Origin: Verrucomicrobiota bacterium | Lineage (GTDB): Bacteria; Verrucomicrobiota; Verrucomicrobiia; Limisphaerales; Palsa-1400 | Direction: 5' to 3' | Length of the DNA stretch: 64,000 nucleotides | NCBI GenBank assembly: GCA_049510745.1 | Contig: JBEKYR010000002.1 | Coordinates: 32,001-96,000 of the forward strand | Part shown: positions 42,277 to 51,608 of the stretch, piece by piece | Layout: every line of letters begins with the position of its first letter | Numbering within the stretch: the first letter of the stretch is position 1 | Translations under genes and position numbers: made by a program | The notes under the pieces: generated by a model | Databases searched by the model: none | Seen by the model: the letters and a program-made list of their open reading frames with translations, nothing else | Told to the model about the DNA's origin: nothing

Positions 42277-43323
42277 ATGGAGCCGGTCCTCATCCTCCTG
42301 TCGGTCAATTTCGCCGTCCTGGCGTTCACCTACACCAACGGATTTCACGACGCCGCCAACGCCATCGCCACCGTCGTCGGCACAAGGGTCCTGACCGCGC
42401 GCCAGGCGGTGATTCTGGGGGCGATCACAAATTTTCTCGGCGCGCTTTCCGGGGTGGCCGTGGCCGAAACCATCGGCACCGGCCTGGTGGACGCCCAACT
42501 GATCACCATCGGCACGGTCCTCTGCGCGATGATCGCCGGCATCGGCTGGAACGTTCTCACCTGGTATTTTGGCCTCCCCTCCAGTTCCAGCCACGCCCTG
42601 ATCGGCGGACTGCTCGGCGCGGCGCTCGCCTCCGCGCACAACCGATGGGAAGTGATCAAATGGCCGGTCTTTTATCCCAAGGTCATCGTTCCCATGCTGG
42701 CCTCGCCCGTGATCGGATTTATCGGCGGCATGTTGGTCATGACGGTTCTCTTCGTCCTTATTCGCCGCCTGCGTCCGCGGGTGGTGGATTCGCTCTTTGG
42801 CCGCCTCCAGCTCGTCAGCGCCTCCTACATGGGTTGGTCGCACGGTTACGCCGACGGCCAGAAAACGATGGGCATCATGGCCCTGGCCTGCTATGTGGCG
42901 ACCCGACACGGCGACCTGCAACATCTTCCCGGCTGGCTGAATTTTCTCTACAGCCCCCAATTTGAAATCAAGACCTGGATCAAATGTTCCTGCGGCCTGG
43001 CGATGGCGATGGGGACTTATATCGGCGGCTGGCGCATCATTCAAACTCTGGGCCAAAAGATGGTTCGCCTGCGTCCCGTCCACGGCTTCGCCGCCGAGAC
43101 GACCGGCGCGACGCTTCTTCTTGTGACGGGAAAGTTCGGCCTGCCCATTTCCACCACCCACGCGATCACCACGGCGATCATGGGCGTCGGCTGCGCCCGG
43201 CGTTTCAGCGCGCTGGACTGGCAACTGGCCGAGCGCATTCTGTGGGCCTGGATGATGACCATTCCCGCCAGCGCACTCCTTGCCTACGGCCTGATCCGCG
43301 TCGGCCAGGCCTGGGGATTTTGA
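42277..43323 (+). CDS. pit: Inorganic phosphate transporter (PiT)
   Basis: NGFHDAANAIAT, PSSSSHALIG and PISTTH motifs. Confidence 0.95.
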   Translation: MEPVLILLSVNFAVLAFTYTNGFHDAANAIATVVGTRVLTARQAVILGAITNFLGALSGVAVAETIGTGLVDAQLITIGTVLCAMIAGIGWNVLTWYFGLPSSSSHALIGGLLGAALASAHNRWEVIKWPVFYPKVIVPMLASPVIGFIGGMLVMTVLFVLIRRLRPRVVDSLFGRLQLVSASYMGWSHGYADGQKTMGIMALACYVATRHGDLQHLPGWLNFLYSPQFEIKTWIKCSCGLAMAMGTYIGGWRIIQTLGQKMVRLRPVHGFAAETTGATLLLVTGKFGLPISTTHAITTAIMGVGCARRFSALDWQLAERILWAWMMTIPASALLAYGLIRVGQAWGF

Positions 43324-43382
43324 TGGGAATTCAGGGAAGTCACTTCATACCGGGACTGCCGCAAACCGGCCAAAAAAGAGCG

Positions 43383-43411
43383 TTGACATTTGTTGCAAGT
43401 GAGACTATACA
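43383..43411 (+). promoter_or_regulatory. Sigma70 promoter of the xre-RES operon
   Basis: TTGACA-N17-TATACA ending 9 nt before the ATG at 43421. Confidence 0.7.
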
Positions 43412-43420
43412 AAGTATCAA

Positions 43421-43942
43421 ATGAGCGATACCTTGACAAAACGAGCGTCGAAGGGATTATCCGGCAAGGTGAAGGTTGCGGGATTTGGCGGACCGACTGT
43501 CAAGAACTCCGGGGGCGGCGTGGTCAGCTTTTGTGTTGGCAGGCCGACTGGCAAAAGCGCGGCCTTGAGTTTTACCCCGTCCCAATTGATCGAAGTGATC
43601 CAAGTCGGGCTGCCGGTTCAGGAGTTGAAAGACTTGCAGGAAAGCCTTGCCGTGCCGATGGAACAACTTGTCCCCATGCTCGGCATCTCGAAGGCCACGC
43701 TCCATCGCCGGATGGCTGGAGGAAGGCTTGGAGCCGCCGAATCCGACCGGGTCGTGCGCTTCGCCCGGTTGATGGGCAAGGCGGCGGAGGTCATGGAGTC
43801 GGAGGAAAACGCCCGCCGCTGGCTGACCTCGCCTCAATTCGGGTTGGGCGGCGCGGTGCCGCTGGACTATGCGGAGACGGAAGTGGGCGCACGCGAAGTG
43901 GAGGACTTGCTTGGTCGAATTGAATACGGAGTTTACTCCTGA
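43421..43942 (+). CDS. Xre/MbcA/ParS antitoxin
   Basis: ATLHRR, ESDRVVR, WL..PQFGLGG..PLD and LLGRIEYGVYS motifs. Confidence 0.92.
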   Translation: MSDTLTKRASKGLSGKVKVAGFGGPTVKNSGGGVVSFCVGRPTGKSAALSFTPSQLIEVIQVGLPVQELKDLQESLAVPMEQLVPMLGISKATLHRRMAGGRLGAAESDRVVRFARLMGKAAEVMESEENARRWLTSPQFGLGGAVPLDYAETEVGAREVEDLLGRIEYGVYS

Positions 43943-44400
43943 TGCCGGAGGCGTGGCGCATCGTAAAGGAGAAGCACGCCGCCACCGCGTTTTCTGGTGA
44001 CGGCGCGGCCAAGACCGGCGGGCGATGGAATTCGCGAGGTGTGCCGGTCGTTTACACGAGCAGCACCAAATCCCTGGCTGCGCTGGAAAGCTTGGTTCAC
44101 CTGAACCCGCCGGTGCGTTTCAAATATGTCGCCATCCGCATCAAGTTCGACGACGCGCTCGTCGAGATCGTCCCTCGCAAAGCCCTTCCTCGAAACTGGC
44201 GGGTTGAACCGCCGCCGCCCTCCAGCAAGCAGGTGGGTGATGCCTGGGTGCTGGAAGGGCGCTCGGCCGTGCTGGCTTTGCCAAGCGTGATCGTTTCGGG
44301 TGAACCCAACTACGTGCTCAATCCGGCGCATCCAGACTTCAAAAAAATTGTCATTGGCAGGCCGGAGAGCTTTACCTTTGACCCGCGACTGCTCACCTGA
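43942..44400 (+). CDS. RES-domain toxin (NAD+ phosphorylase-like)
   Basis: WRI, GGRWN, VVYTS..SLAALE, PS and NYVLNPAHPDF motifs. Confidence 0.92.
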   Translation: MPEAWRIVKEKHAATAFSGDGAAKTGGRWNSRGVPVVYTSSTKSLAALESLVHLNPPVRFKYVAIRIKFDDALVEIVPRKALPRNWRVEPPPPSSKQVGDAWVLEGRSAVLALPSVIVSGEPNYVLNPAHPDFKKIVIGRPESFTFDPRLLT

Positions 44401-44486
44401 GGCCCGTGAAGGCGCTTTTCTTTTCTTTCCAAAGACCGGTGCTTGTGTTAGATTAGTCAGTGACCGGTCAAATCTTTTGAGGATCG

Positions 44487-44747
44487 ATGATGAAGGCAAC
44501 AACAGAGATCGCGGCTTCCGAAGCCAAGGCGAAGTTTTCGGAACTTCTTGAGCGAACGCGCCACGGGGAAGGGTTCGCCATCACCCTGCACGGCGAACCG
44601 GTGGCCAAACTGGTGCCCGCCAAGGGGCGGAGCTTGAGCGAGGTCCAAGGCGCCATCGCCGAGATGAAGTCCAAACGAGTGACCTTGAACCCTCGCGGCA
44701 AGCCGAAACTCCGCCTGAAAGACCTTGTGAACGAGGGCCGCCCATGA
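44487..44747 (+). CDS. Phd/YefM-family antitoxin
   Basis: EAKAKFSELLER..GE...IT.HGEPVAKLVP. Confidence 0.9.
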   Translation: MMKATTEIAASEAKAKFSELLERTRHGEGFAITLHGEPVAKLVPAKGRSLSEVQGAIAEMKSKRVTLNPRGKPKLRLKDLVNEGRP

Positions 44748-45163
44748 ATTTTGTGGTGGATTCTTCGTTTGCCCTGGCTTGGGTGCTGAAAGACGAGACG
44801 ACACCGGAAACGGACAAAGCCCTCGATTCCCTCGGCCAGGGCGCGAAGGCATTCGTGCCCGCGCTTTGGCGTTGGGAGATGGCAAACGCGCTGTTGACAG
44901 TGGAGAAGCGCAAACGAGCCACGATGACGGAAGTAAACGGCCACCTGTCGCTGCTCCGATCGCTGCCGATTGAGATGGATGAAACCGCGCCTGACCAGGC
45001 CTGGAGCATCACTCATTCATTGGCGCAAAAACACAAGCTGACCAGTTACGATGCCGCTTATCTCGAGCTGGCCATCCGACGGGGATTGCCGCTGGCGACG
45101 TTGGATTCGGATCTCGCGGCGGCCGCCAAGGCGGAAAAGGTGGAATTGCTTCCGGCAAAATAA
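44744..45163 (+). CDS. vapC: VapC/PIN toxin
   Basis: VVDSS, E..NAL, YDAAYLELA and LATLD motifs; ATGA overlap. Confidence 0.9.
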   Translation: MNFVVDSSFALAWVLKDETTPETDKALDSLGQGAKAFVPALWRWEMANALLTVEKRKRATMTEVNGHLSLLRSLPIEMDETAPDQAWSITHSLAQKHKLTSYDAAYLELAIRRGLPLATLDSDLAAAAKAEKVELLPAK

Positions 45164-45306
45164 CAGGAACAAGGAATTGGGAAATGTGAAAGGCACCCGA
45201 ACGCAGAGGGCTTGCACGGCAAAAAATGCTAAGTACTAGCCAAGAAGTGTGTGGGGAGACGTCCGGTTCGGCGGCATAATTATTCGATCAGCAGAACCGG
45301 CGGATT

Positions 45307-47790
45307 ATGAGAAACGCGGACGGCTCCCTCGGCGACGCCCGATTCCGGGCGGAACTGGAGCGGTGCGTCTATTGCGAGGAAAAGCCCTGCCAGGAAGCCT
45401 GCCCCGCGCATTGTTCGCCCGCTGATTTCATCATGGCAGCGCGGGTGGGGGAGAAATCAGATTGGCGCCGTTCCGCCGCGCTGATCCTGGGGGCAAACCC
45501 GCTGGGGTGGGTTTGCGGCGCGGTCTGCCCCGATTCCTTCTGCATGAAGGCGTGCGCGCGGCGGACGTTCGATCGCCCGATCGAGATTCCCGCCGTGCAG
45601 GCCACGGTGATCAAAAAGGCCAACAAAGCCGGGCTGGCGAAATTCCGGCGCGCCCCGTGGAATGGCAAAAGCGTGGGCATCATCGGCGCCGGGCCGGCGA
45701 GCTTGGGGGCGGCGAGTGTGCTGGCGCAGCGCGGCTGCAAGGTCACCCTTTACGAAGAGCGGCGGCGCGCCGGCGGGGCGATGAATCTCATCCCCGATTT
45801 CCGGCTGAACAAACAAGTCGTGCGCGCGGACATCGCGTTTCTCAAAAGCCTCGGTCAAGTCGATTTCAAGCACGGCAAAGCTGTGGCCAGCCCGGAAGAA
45901 TTGCTGGCAAAGCACGACGCCGTTATCGTGTGCGCGGGGCTGGCGGAACCGATCCGGCTCGACATCCCCGGCGAAGCACTCGCGCTTTCGTGGCAGGCGT
46001 TTCTGGAGGACGGGAAATTCAACGTCAAAGGCAGGAAGGTGGCGGTGCTCGGCGGCGGCGCGGTGGCGGCGGATTGCGCGGCGACGGCCAGGCGTCGCGG
46101 GGCGGCGTCGGTCGAACTGATTTATCGGCGCCGGCAACAGGACATGCCCCTGACGCAGTATGAGCGCGACCTGCTGCTGGAGCACGGCGTTGACATTGCG
46201 GCTTGCGCGAAGCCGCTGGCCGTCGTCCACGCCGGCCGGCGGATCACGGGTCTGCGCCTGGCGCGGCTGAACTTGCCCGCCGGAAAAGCTCCGCGACCGG
46301 AGAACTTTGTTGTCAACAAAAAGGAATCGCCGGTCTTCCGCGAGTTCGACGTGGTGATTTCCGCCATCGGCGGCAAACCCAAACTTTCAGCGGCCAAGGC
46401 CAGGGGCGTGTTTTACGCGGGCGACCTGGTGCTGGGCGCGGCGACGGTGGTGGAATGCGTCGCCAGCGGCAAGAACGCCGCGGTCGAGGCCGACGCTTAC
46501 CTTCGCGGCGAAGCGCGGCCGAAATTCAAGAATCGAGCGAAGAGCCGCGTCCTTTTGGCCGGCGTGCCGTTGCGTCCCGTGCCGCTGGAGGCCGATTTTT
46601 TTGGCCGCAAAATCCTCTCGCCGTTTCTGCTTTCCGCCGCGCCGCACTCGGACGGCTACCACCAGATGCGCAAAGCCTACGAACGCGGCTGGCCGGGTGG
46701 CGTGATGAAGACGGCGTTTGACCGGGGGCCGATTCATATCCCCGCCGGCTACATGTTCGTGCTCGGCGGCTCGACTTACGGCAACTGCGACAATGTCTCC
46801 GGCCATCCGCTGGAGCGGGTCTGCCGCGAAGTCGAGCGGCTGGTCAGGGAATACCCGGACCGCCTGACGCTGGCCTCGACCGGCGGCCCGGTCACCGGCC
46901 ACGACGAGGCGGACAAGGCGGTGTGGCAATCCAATACGCGCAAGCTGCAAAACGCCGGCGCGATGGGGGTCGAATACAGCCTTTCCTGCCCGCAAGGCGG
47001 CGACGGCGCGCACGGCGACGTGGTTTCGCAAAACGCGGCGCTGACCGCAAAAATTATTGACTGGGTCATGGAAGCGGGCGAGGAGGGCAACCCGAAACTG
47101 TTCAAGCTCACGGCGGCGGTCACGGCGATTGAGCCGATCATCAAGGCGATTAGGGAAGTCCTGGCGCGTTACCCGAAGAAGAAGGCCGGCGTGACGCTGG
47201 CCAACAGTTTCCCGTCGCTGGTGTTTCGCAAGGAGGCGAGTCGCCGCTGGGAGGAAGGGATTGTCATCGGCATGTCGGGCGAAGGCGTTTTGCCGATCAG
47301 CAATTTGACGCTGGCCAAAGTTTCCGGCCTGGGCATCGCCGTCTCGGGCAACGGCGGCGCGATGACTTACAAGGACGCGGCGAACTTCCTGGCGCTGGGC
47401 GCGCAGACCGTCCAGTTCTGCACCGCCGTGATGAAGCACGGCCTCGGCTATGTCGATGAACTTCATTGCGGCCTGACCTATCTGATGGAGGAGCGCGGCT
47501 TCCGCTCGGTGAAGGAACTCATCGGCTCGGCGCTGCCCCATCCGATCACCGACTTCGGGGCGTTGTCGCCGACGAAGGAACTGCCGCGGGTCGTGACCGC
47601 GCTTTGCCAGCATTGCGGCAACTGCGCGCGGTGTCCGTACCAGGCCATCGAGTTGAACCGTCGCGGCGTGCCGAGGTTTGATCCGAGCCGGTGCGTCGGG
47701 TGCTCGCTCTGCGCGCAGAAGTGCTTTGCCGGGGCGATCTCGATGCGCGCCCGCACCGCGCGGGAACTGGCCGCGCTGAAGGAAAGTTGA
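45307..47790 (+). CDS. Fused dihydropyrimidine-dehydrogenase-like flavoenzyme (PreT+PreA; YgfK-like role possible)
   Basis: N-terminal Fe-S Cys clusters, GAGPA FAD site, GGGAVAAD NAD(P)H site, FMN barrel (SAAP, SLSCP, SGNGG) and C-terminal ferredoxin. Confidence 0.85.
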   Translation: MRNADGSLGDARFRAELERCVYCEEKPCQEACPAHCSPADFIMAARVGEKSDWRRSAALILGANPLGWVCGAVCPDSFCMKACARRTFDRPIEIPAVQATVIKKANKAGLAKFRRAPWNGKSVGIIGAGPASLGAASVLAQRGCKVTLYEERRRAGGAMNLIPDFRLNKQVVRADIAFLKSLGQVDFKHGKAVASPEELLAKHDAVIVCAGLAEPIRLDIPGEALALSWQAFLEDGKFNVKGRKVAVLGGGAVAADCAATARRRGAASVELIYRRRQQDMPLTQYERDLLLEHGVDIAACAKPLAVVHAGRRITGLRLARLNLPAGKAPRPENFVVNKKESPVFREFDVVISAIGGKPKLSAAKARGVFYAGDLVLGAATVVECVASGKNAAVEADAYLRGEARPKFKNRAKSRVLLAGVPLRPVPLEADFFGRKILSPFLLSAAPHSDGYHQMRKAYERGWPGGVMKTAFDRGPIHIPAGYMFVLGGSTYGNCDNVSGHPLERVCREVERLVREYPDRLTLASTGGPVTGHDEADKAVWQSNTRKLQNAGAMGVEYSLSCPQGGDGAHGDVVSQNAALTAKIIDWVMEAGEEGNPKLFKLTAAVTAIEPIIKAIREVLARYPKKKAGVTLANSFPSLVFRKEASRRWEEGIVIGMSGEGVLPISNLTLAKVSGLGIAVSGNGGAMTYKDAANFLALGAQTVQFCTAVMKHGLGYVDELHCGLTYLMEERGFRSVKELIGSALPHPITDFGALSPTKELPRVVTALCQHCGNCARCPYQAIELNRRGVPRFDPSRCVGCSLCAQKCFAGAISMRARTARELAALKES

Positions 47791-47793
47791 ACG

Positions 47794-49125
47794 ATGCCCG
47801 ACTCCCTGCTCATCGAAAACGGAACGGTGCTGACCTTGGGGAAAAGCGCCCAGGTTCTGCCCGGCCACTCGGTGCTGATCGAGAACGGCCTGGTGGCGAA
47901 GGTGGCGCCGAAGCAGGCGGTGAAAAAGTTCCGCGGCAAACGGATTGACGCGACGGGCAAAGTCGTTCTGCCCGGCTTGATCAACGCCCATACGCATTTT
48001 TACAGCAGCTTGGCGCGCGGGTTGACCAAGGCGAAGCCGGCGAAGAATTTCCATCAGGTATTGGAGAACCTGTGGTGGCGGCTGGATCGCGCGCTGACCA
48101 CCGAGGATTGCTACTACAGCGCCCTGATCGCGCTGCTCGGCTCGATCCGCCACGGCACGACGACGCTGATCGATCATCACGCCAGCCCGCGCGCGGTGGC
48201 CGGCTCGCTAGGCGCGATCGAGCAGGCCGTGCGCGAAACGGGCTTGCGGGCCTGCCTCTGCTACGAGCTTTCCGACCGCGACGGCCCGGGCATCGCGCAG
48301 GAGGGCCTGGCGGAGAACGCCTGGTTCATCCGCCGCTGCCAGCAGCGGAAGGATGCGCAGGTGAAAGCCCTCTTCGGCCTGCACGCTTCGTTTACGATTT
48401 CCAATGCGACGATGGAAAAGGCGGCGGGCCTCGGCCGGGAACTGGGCGCCGGGTTTCACATCCATGTCGCCGAGGCGCAGACCGACCAGGACCGGGCGTT
48501 GCGGCAGCATGGCCAACGCGTGGTCGAGCGGTTGAAGGAATTCGGAATCCTCGGCCCGCGCTCGCTTGCCGCGCACGGCGTTCACCTTGACCGGCGTGAA
48601 ATGGATTTGCTCGCGGAAACCAAGACCGCCGTGGTCCACAACCCGCAGTCGAACATGAACAACGGCGTGGGAGTGGCCAATGTCATCGAGTTGCGCCGGC
48701 GCGGCGTGCTCGTCGGCCTGGGCACTGACGCGATGACGACAAACATGCTGGAGGAGCTGCGCGTGGCGCTGTGGGGCCAGCATTTGCGGGCGGAGAATCC
48801 GTCCGCCGGATTCGGCGAAGTGACAAGCGCCTTGTTGGCGAACAACCCCAGGATTGCCGGGCGCATCTTCGGCCTGCGCTTTGGCGAGATTAGCGAAGGC
48901 GCGGCCGGAGACCTCGCCCTGTTCAATTATGACCCGCCGACGCCGCTGGAGAGCGGAAATGTGTTGGGCCATCTCGTGTTCGGAATTTCCCAGACGGAGG
49001 CGGACACGACGATAGTCGGCGGCCGGGTGTTAATGGAGAACAAGAAACTGGCGTTGAACCTGGAGGAGGCGCGCGTCAACGCCCGCGCCCGCGAGCTGGC
49101 AAAGGATTTATGGAAACGACTGTAA
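47794..49125 (+). CDS. ssnA: Amidohydrolase SsnA
   Basis: NAHTHFYS, WWRLD, DHHAS, GLHASFT, HIHVAE, HNPQSNMNN and GLGTD motifs. Confidence 0.9.
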   Translation: MPDSLLIENGTVLTLGKSAQVLPGHSVLIENGLVAKVAPKQAVKKFRGKRIDATGKVVLPGLINAHTHFYSSLARGLTKAKPAKNFHQVLENLWWRLDRALTTEDCYYSALIALLGSIRHGTTTLIDHHASPRAVAGSLGAIEQAVRETGLRACLCYELSDRDGPGIAQEGLAENAWFIRRCQQRKDAQVKALFGLHASFTISNATMEKAAGLGRELGAGFHIHVAEAQTDQDRALRQHGQRVVERLKEFGILGPRSLAAHGVHLDRREMDLLAETKTAVVHNPQSNMNNGVGVANVIELRRRGVLVGLGTDAMTTNMLEELRVALWGQHLRAENPSAGFGEVTSALLANNPRIAGRIFGLRFGEISEGAAGDLALFNYDPPTPLESGNVLGHLVFGISQTEADTTIVGGRVLMENKKLALNLEEARVNARARELAKDLWKRL

Positions 49126-50363
49126 AGAAGAACACGAAACAACTGCCAACCGCAACCGCCATCACCTGCGCCGCGATTCAAAAACGCGCGAAGGAAATGG
49201 AAGCGGACACCGTGCGCTTCCTGTGCGACCTCGTGCGCACGCCTTCGTTCTCCTCGAAGGAGCGCGAGGTCATCGCCGTCATCCGGCGCGAGATGGAAAA
49301 GATCGGCTTCGACGAGGCGCGGGTTGACGGGCTGGGCAACGTCATCGGCCGGCTCGGCCACGGCCCGCGGGTGATCGCCTTCGATGGCCACGTGGACACG
49401 GTTTATCCCGGCGATCTGTCGCAATGGGAGTTCGATCCGTTCAAGCCGTTGGTCAAAGACGGTAAAATTTGGGGGCGCGGCACGGTGGACCAGAAAGGCG
49501 GGGTGGCCGCGATGATTCATGCCGGCAAGCTCATCAAGGAACTGGGCTTGAACGAGCAGTTCACGATCTATTTCACCGGGACGGTCATGGAGGAGGATTG
49601 CGACGGGCTGTGCTGGCAATACCTCCTGAACGAGGAAAAGCTCAAGCCCGAACTGGTCGTCATCACCGAGCCGACGAACCTGAATATCTACCGCGGCCAT
49701 CGCGGGCGCATGGAGATGCGCGTCGAGGTCAAGGGCCGGAGCTGCCACGGTTCCGCGCCGGAGCGCGGGGACAACGCGATTTACAGGATCGCCCGCATCG
49801 CGCTGGAAATTGAAAAGCTCAACGAGCGGCTCAAGGGGGACCCGTTCCTCGGCAAGGGCACGGTGACGATTTCGGAAGTGAAATCGTCGTCGCCGTCGCT
49901 CTGCGCGGTGGCGGACCAGGCGGGCCTGCATCTGGACCGCCGGCTCACCTCGGGCGAGACGAAGGAGAGCGCCATCGCGGAAGTTGAGGACGCGGCCAGG
50001 CGCGCCGGCCAGCCCGAGGCAAAGGTTTTCGTGCTCAAGTACGAGGAAGCCGCTTACACGGGCAGAGTTTATCCGACGGAAAAGTATTATCCGACGTGGG
50101 CGCTCGATGAGAAATCTCCATATCTCAAAAACGCCGTTGCCGCTTACGCGGCAGTGCTGGGCAAGGCGCCGTTGGTGGACAAGTGGACGTTCAGCACGAA
50201 CGGGGTCGCGACCGCCGGCCTGAAGGGCATTCCGACCTTTGGCCTCGGGCCGGGCAACGAAATTTATGCCCACGCGCCGAACGAAGCGTGTCCGGTCGAG
50301 CACCTGAGCGGGGCGGTGGCGTTCTACGCCGCGCTGGTGGCGAAGTTGAATGGAAAGGTCTGA
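49110..50363 (+). CDS. ygeY: M20 hydrolase YgeY
   Basis: DGHVDTV, DQKGG, EEDCDGLCWQY, SCHGSAPERGDNAI and WTFSTNGV motifs. Confidence 0.92.
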   Translation: METTVKKNTKQLPTATAITCAAIQKRAKEMEADTVRFLCDLVRTPSFSSKEREVIAVIRREMEKIGFDEARVDGLGNVIGRLGHGPRVIAFDGHVDTVYPGDLSQWEFDPFKPLVKDGKIWGRGTVDQKGGVAAMIHAGKLIKELGLNEQFTIYFTGTVMEEDCDGLCWQYLLNEEKLKPELVVITEPTNLNIYRGHRGRMEMRVEVKGRSCHGSAPERGDNAIYRIARIALEIEKLNERLKGDPFLGKGTVTISEVKSSSPSLCAVADQAGLHLDRRLTSGETKESAIAEVEDAARRAGQPEAKVFVLKYEEAAYTGRVYPTEKYYPTWALDEKSPYLKNAVAAYAAVLGKAPLVDKWTFSTNGVATAGLKGIPTFGLGPGNEIYAHAPNEACPVEHLSGAVAFYAALVAKLNGKV

Positions 50364-51608
50364 ATGACGCATTTCGTTTACGAGTGCAGCCAGTGCGGGA
50401 AGCGCTACCAGCGCGACGAAGTGCGCTACCTCTGCCCGCTGTGCGCCCGCGACTATCAACCCGGCAAGCCGCTGGCCGGCGTGCTGTCGGCGCAATTCGA
50501 CTACGGCGCGATTCGGAAAAAGTTCGACCGGCGGAAGCCGGACTGGAACCTGTTCTCGGCCGTGGAGAAAAAATTCTTCCCGCCGATTCCTGTCGGCAAC
50601 ACGCCCTTCTTCCAGTCCGCTGCGCTCGGAAATGACCTCGGCTTCGCCAACGTCTGGATCAAGAACGACGGATTGAATCCCAGCGGGTCGCTCAAGGATC
50701 GCGCTTCGTTCCTGGTCGTGGCGGAGGCGAATCGGCTGGGGGAGAAAACCATCGTCACCGCCTCCACCGGGAACGCGGCCGGCGCGCTGGCCGCGGTGTG
50801 CGCCGCCGCCGGAAAGCGGGCGCTGATCTTTGTTCCGGAGAAGGCGCCGAAGGCCAAGCTCGCGCAGATGGTTCTTTACGGCGCGACGGTCGTGCCGCTG
50901 CGCGGCACGTATGACGACGCGTTCCGGCTCTCACTGGAATACACGGCGAAACGGGGCGGGCTGAATCGCAACACCGCCTATCATCCGCTCACCATCGAGG
51001 GCAAGAAGACCGCCGGCCTGGAGATTTGGCGGCAGAACAACTGGCGCGTGCCGGACGCGATTCTCGTGCCCGTCGGCGACGGCGTGATCCTCAGCGGCGT
51101 GCATAAGGCGTTTTGCGATTTGAAGGCGGCGGGATTGATTTCGCGGCTGCCGCGGCTGGTGTGCGTGCAGGCGGAGACCTCCAACGCCATTCACCGCTAC
51201 TTTGAATCGGGCGTCTATGAAAACGCGGCGCGCCCGGAGACGATTGCGGATTCCATTTCCGTCTCGGTTCCCTCGAACGCGCACCTGGCGCGCAAAGCGA
51301 TTGTTGAGAGCGGCGGTTTCTCCGTCACGGTGAGCGACGGCGAGATTCTCGATGGCCAGCGAACGCTGGCCGCCAAGACAGGGGTGTTCGCCGAGCCGGC
51401 CGCCGCCGCCACGGTCGCCGCGTTGAAAAAATTGCGCGGGACCAGGCGGCTGGGCCGCCGGGAGCAAATCGTCCTGCTCATTACGGGCCACGGCTTGAAG
51501 GATGTCGAGGCGGCGCTGCGGCAGATGCGGATTCCGGCCTCCGCCGAACCGACCCTCGCGGGCATCGAGGCCGCGCTCAATGCCGGAGCGAAGAAAGGAG
51601 CGCGCTGA
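50364..51608 (+). CDS. Threonine-synthase-like PLP enzyme (fold type II)
   Basis: N-terminal Zn ribbon; NPSGSLKDR, ASTGNA, EGKKT, PVGDG and TGHGLKD motifs. Confidence 0.85.
   Translation: MTHFVYECSQCGKRYQRDEVRYLCPLCARDYQPGKPLAGVLSAQFDYGAIRKKFDRRKPDWNLFSAVEKKFFPPIPVGNTPFFQSAALGNDLGFANVWIKNDGLNPSGSLKDRASFLVVAEANRLGEKTIVTASTGNAAGALAAVCAAAGKRALIFVPEKAPKAKLAQMVLYGATVVPLRGTYDDAFRLSLEYTAKRGGLNRNTAYHPLTIEGKKTAGLEIWRQNNWRVPDAILVPVGDGVILSGVHKAFCDLKAAGLISRLPRLVCVQAETSNAIHRYFESGVYENAARPETIADSISVSVPSNAHLARKAIVESGGFSVTVSDGEILDGQRTLAAKTGVFAEPAAAATVAALKKLRGTRRLGRREQIVLLITGHGLKDVEAALRQMRIPASAEPTLAGIEAALNAGAKKGAR

Noticed and set aside
41530..43224. Apparent 988 aa PFK with a huge N-terminal extension
   Set aside because: The extension is antisense to DUF47 and pit; PFK homology starts at ATG 41529.
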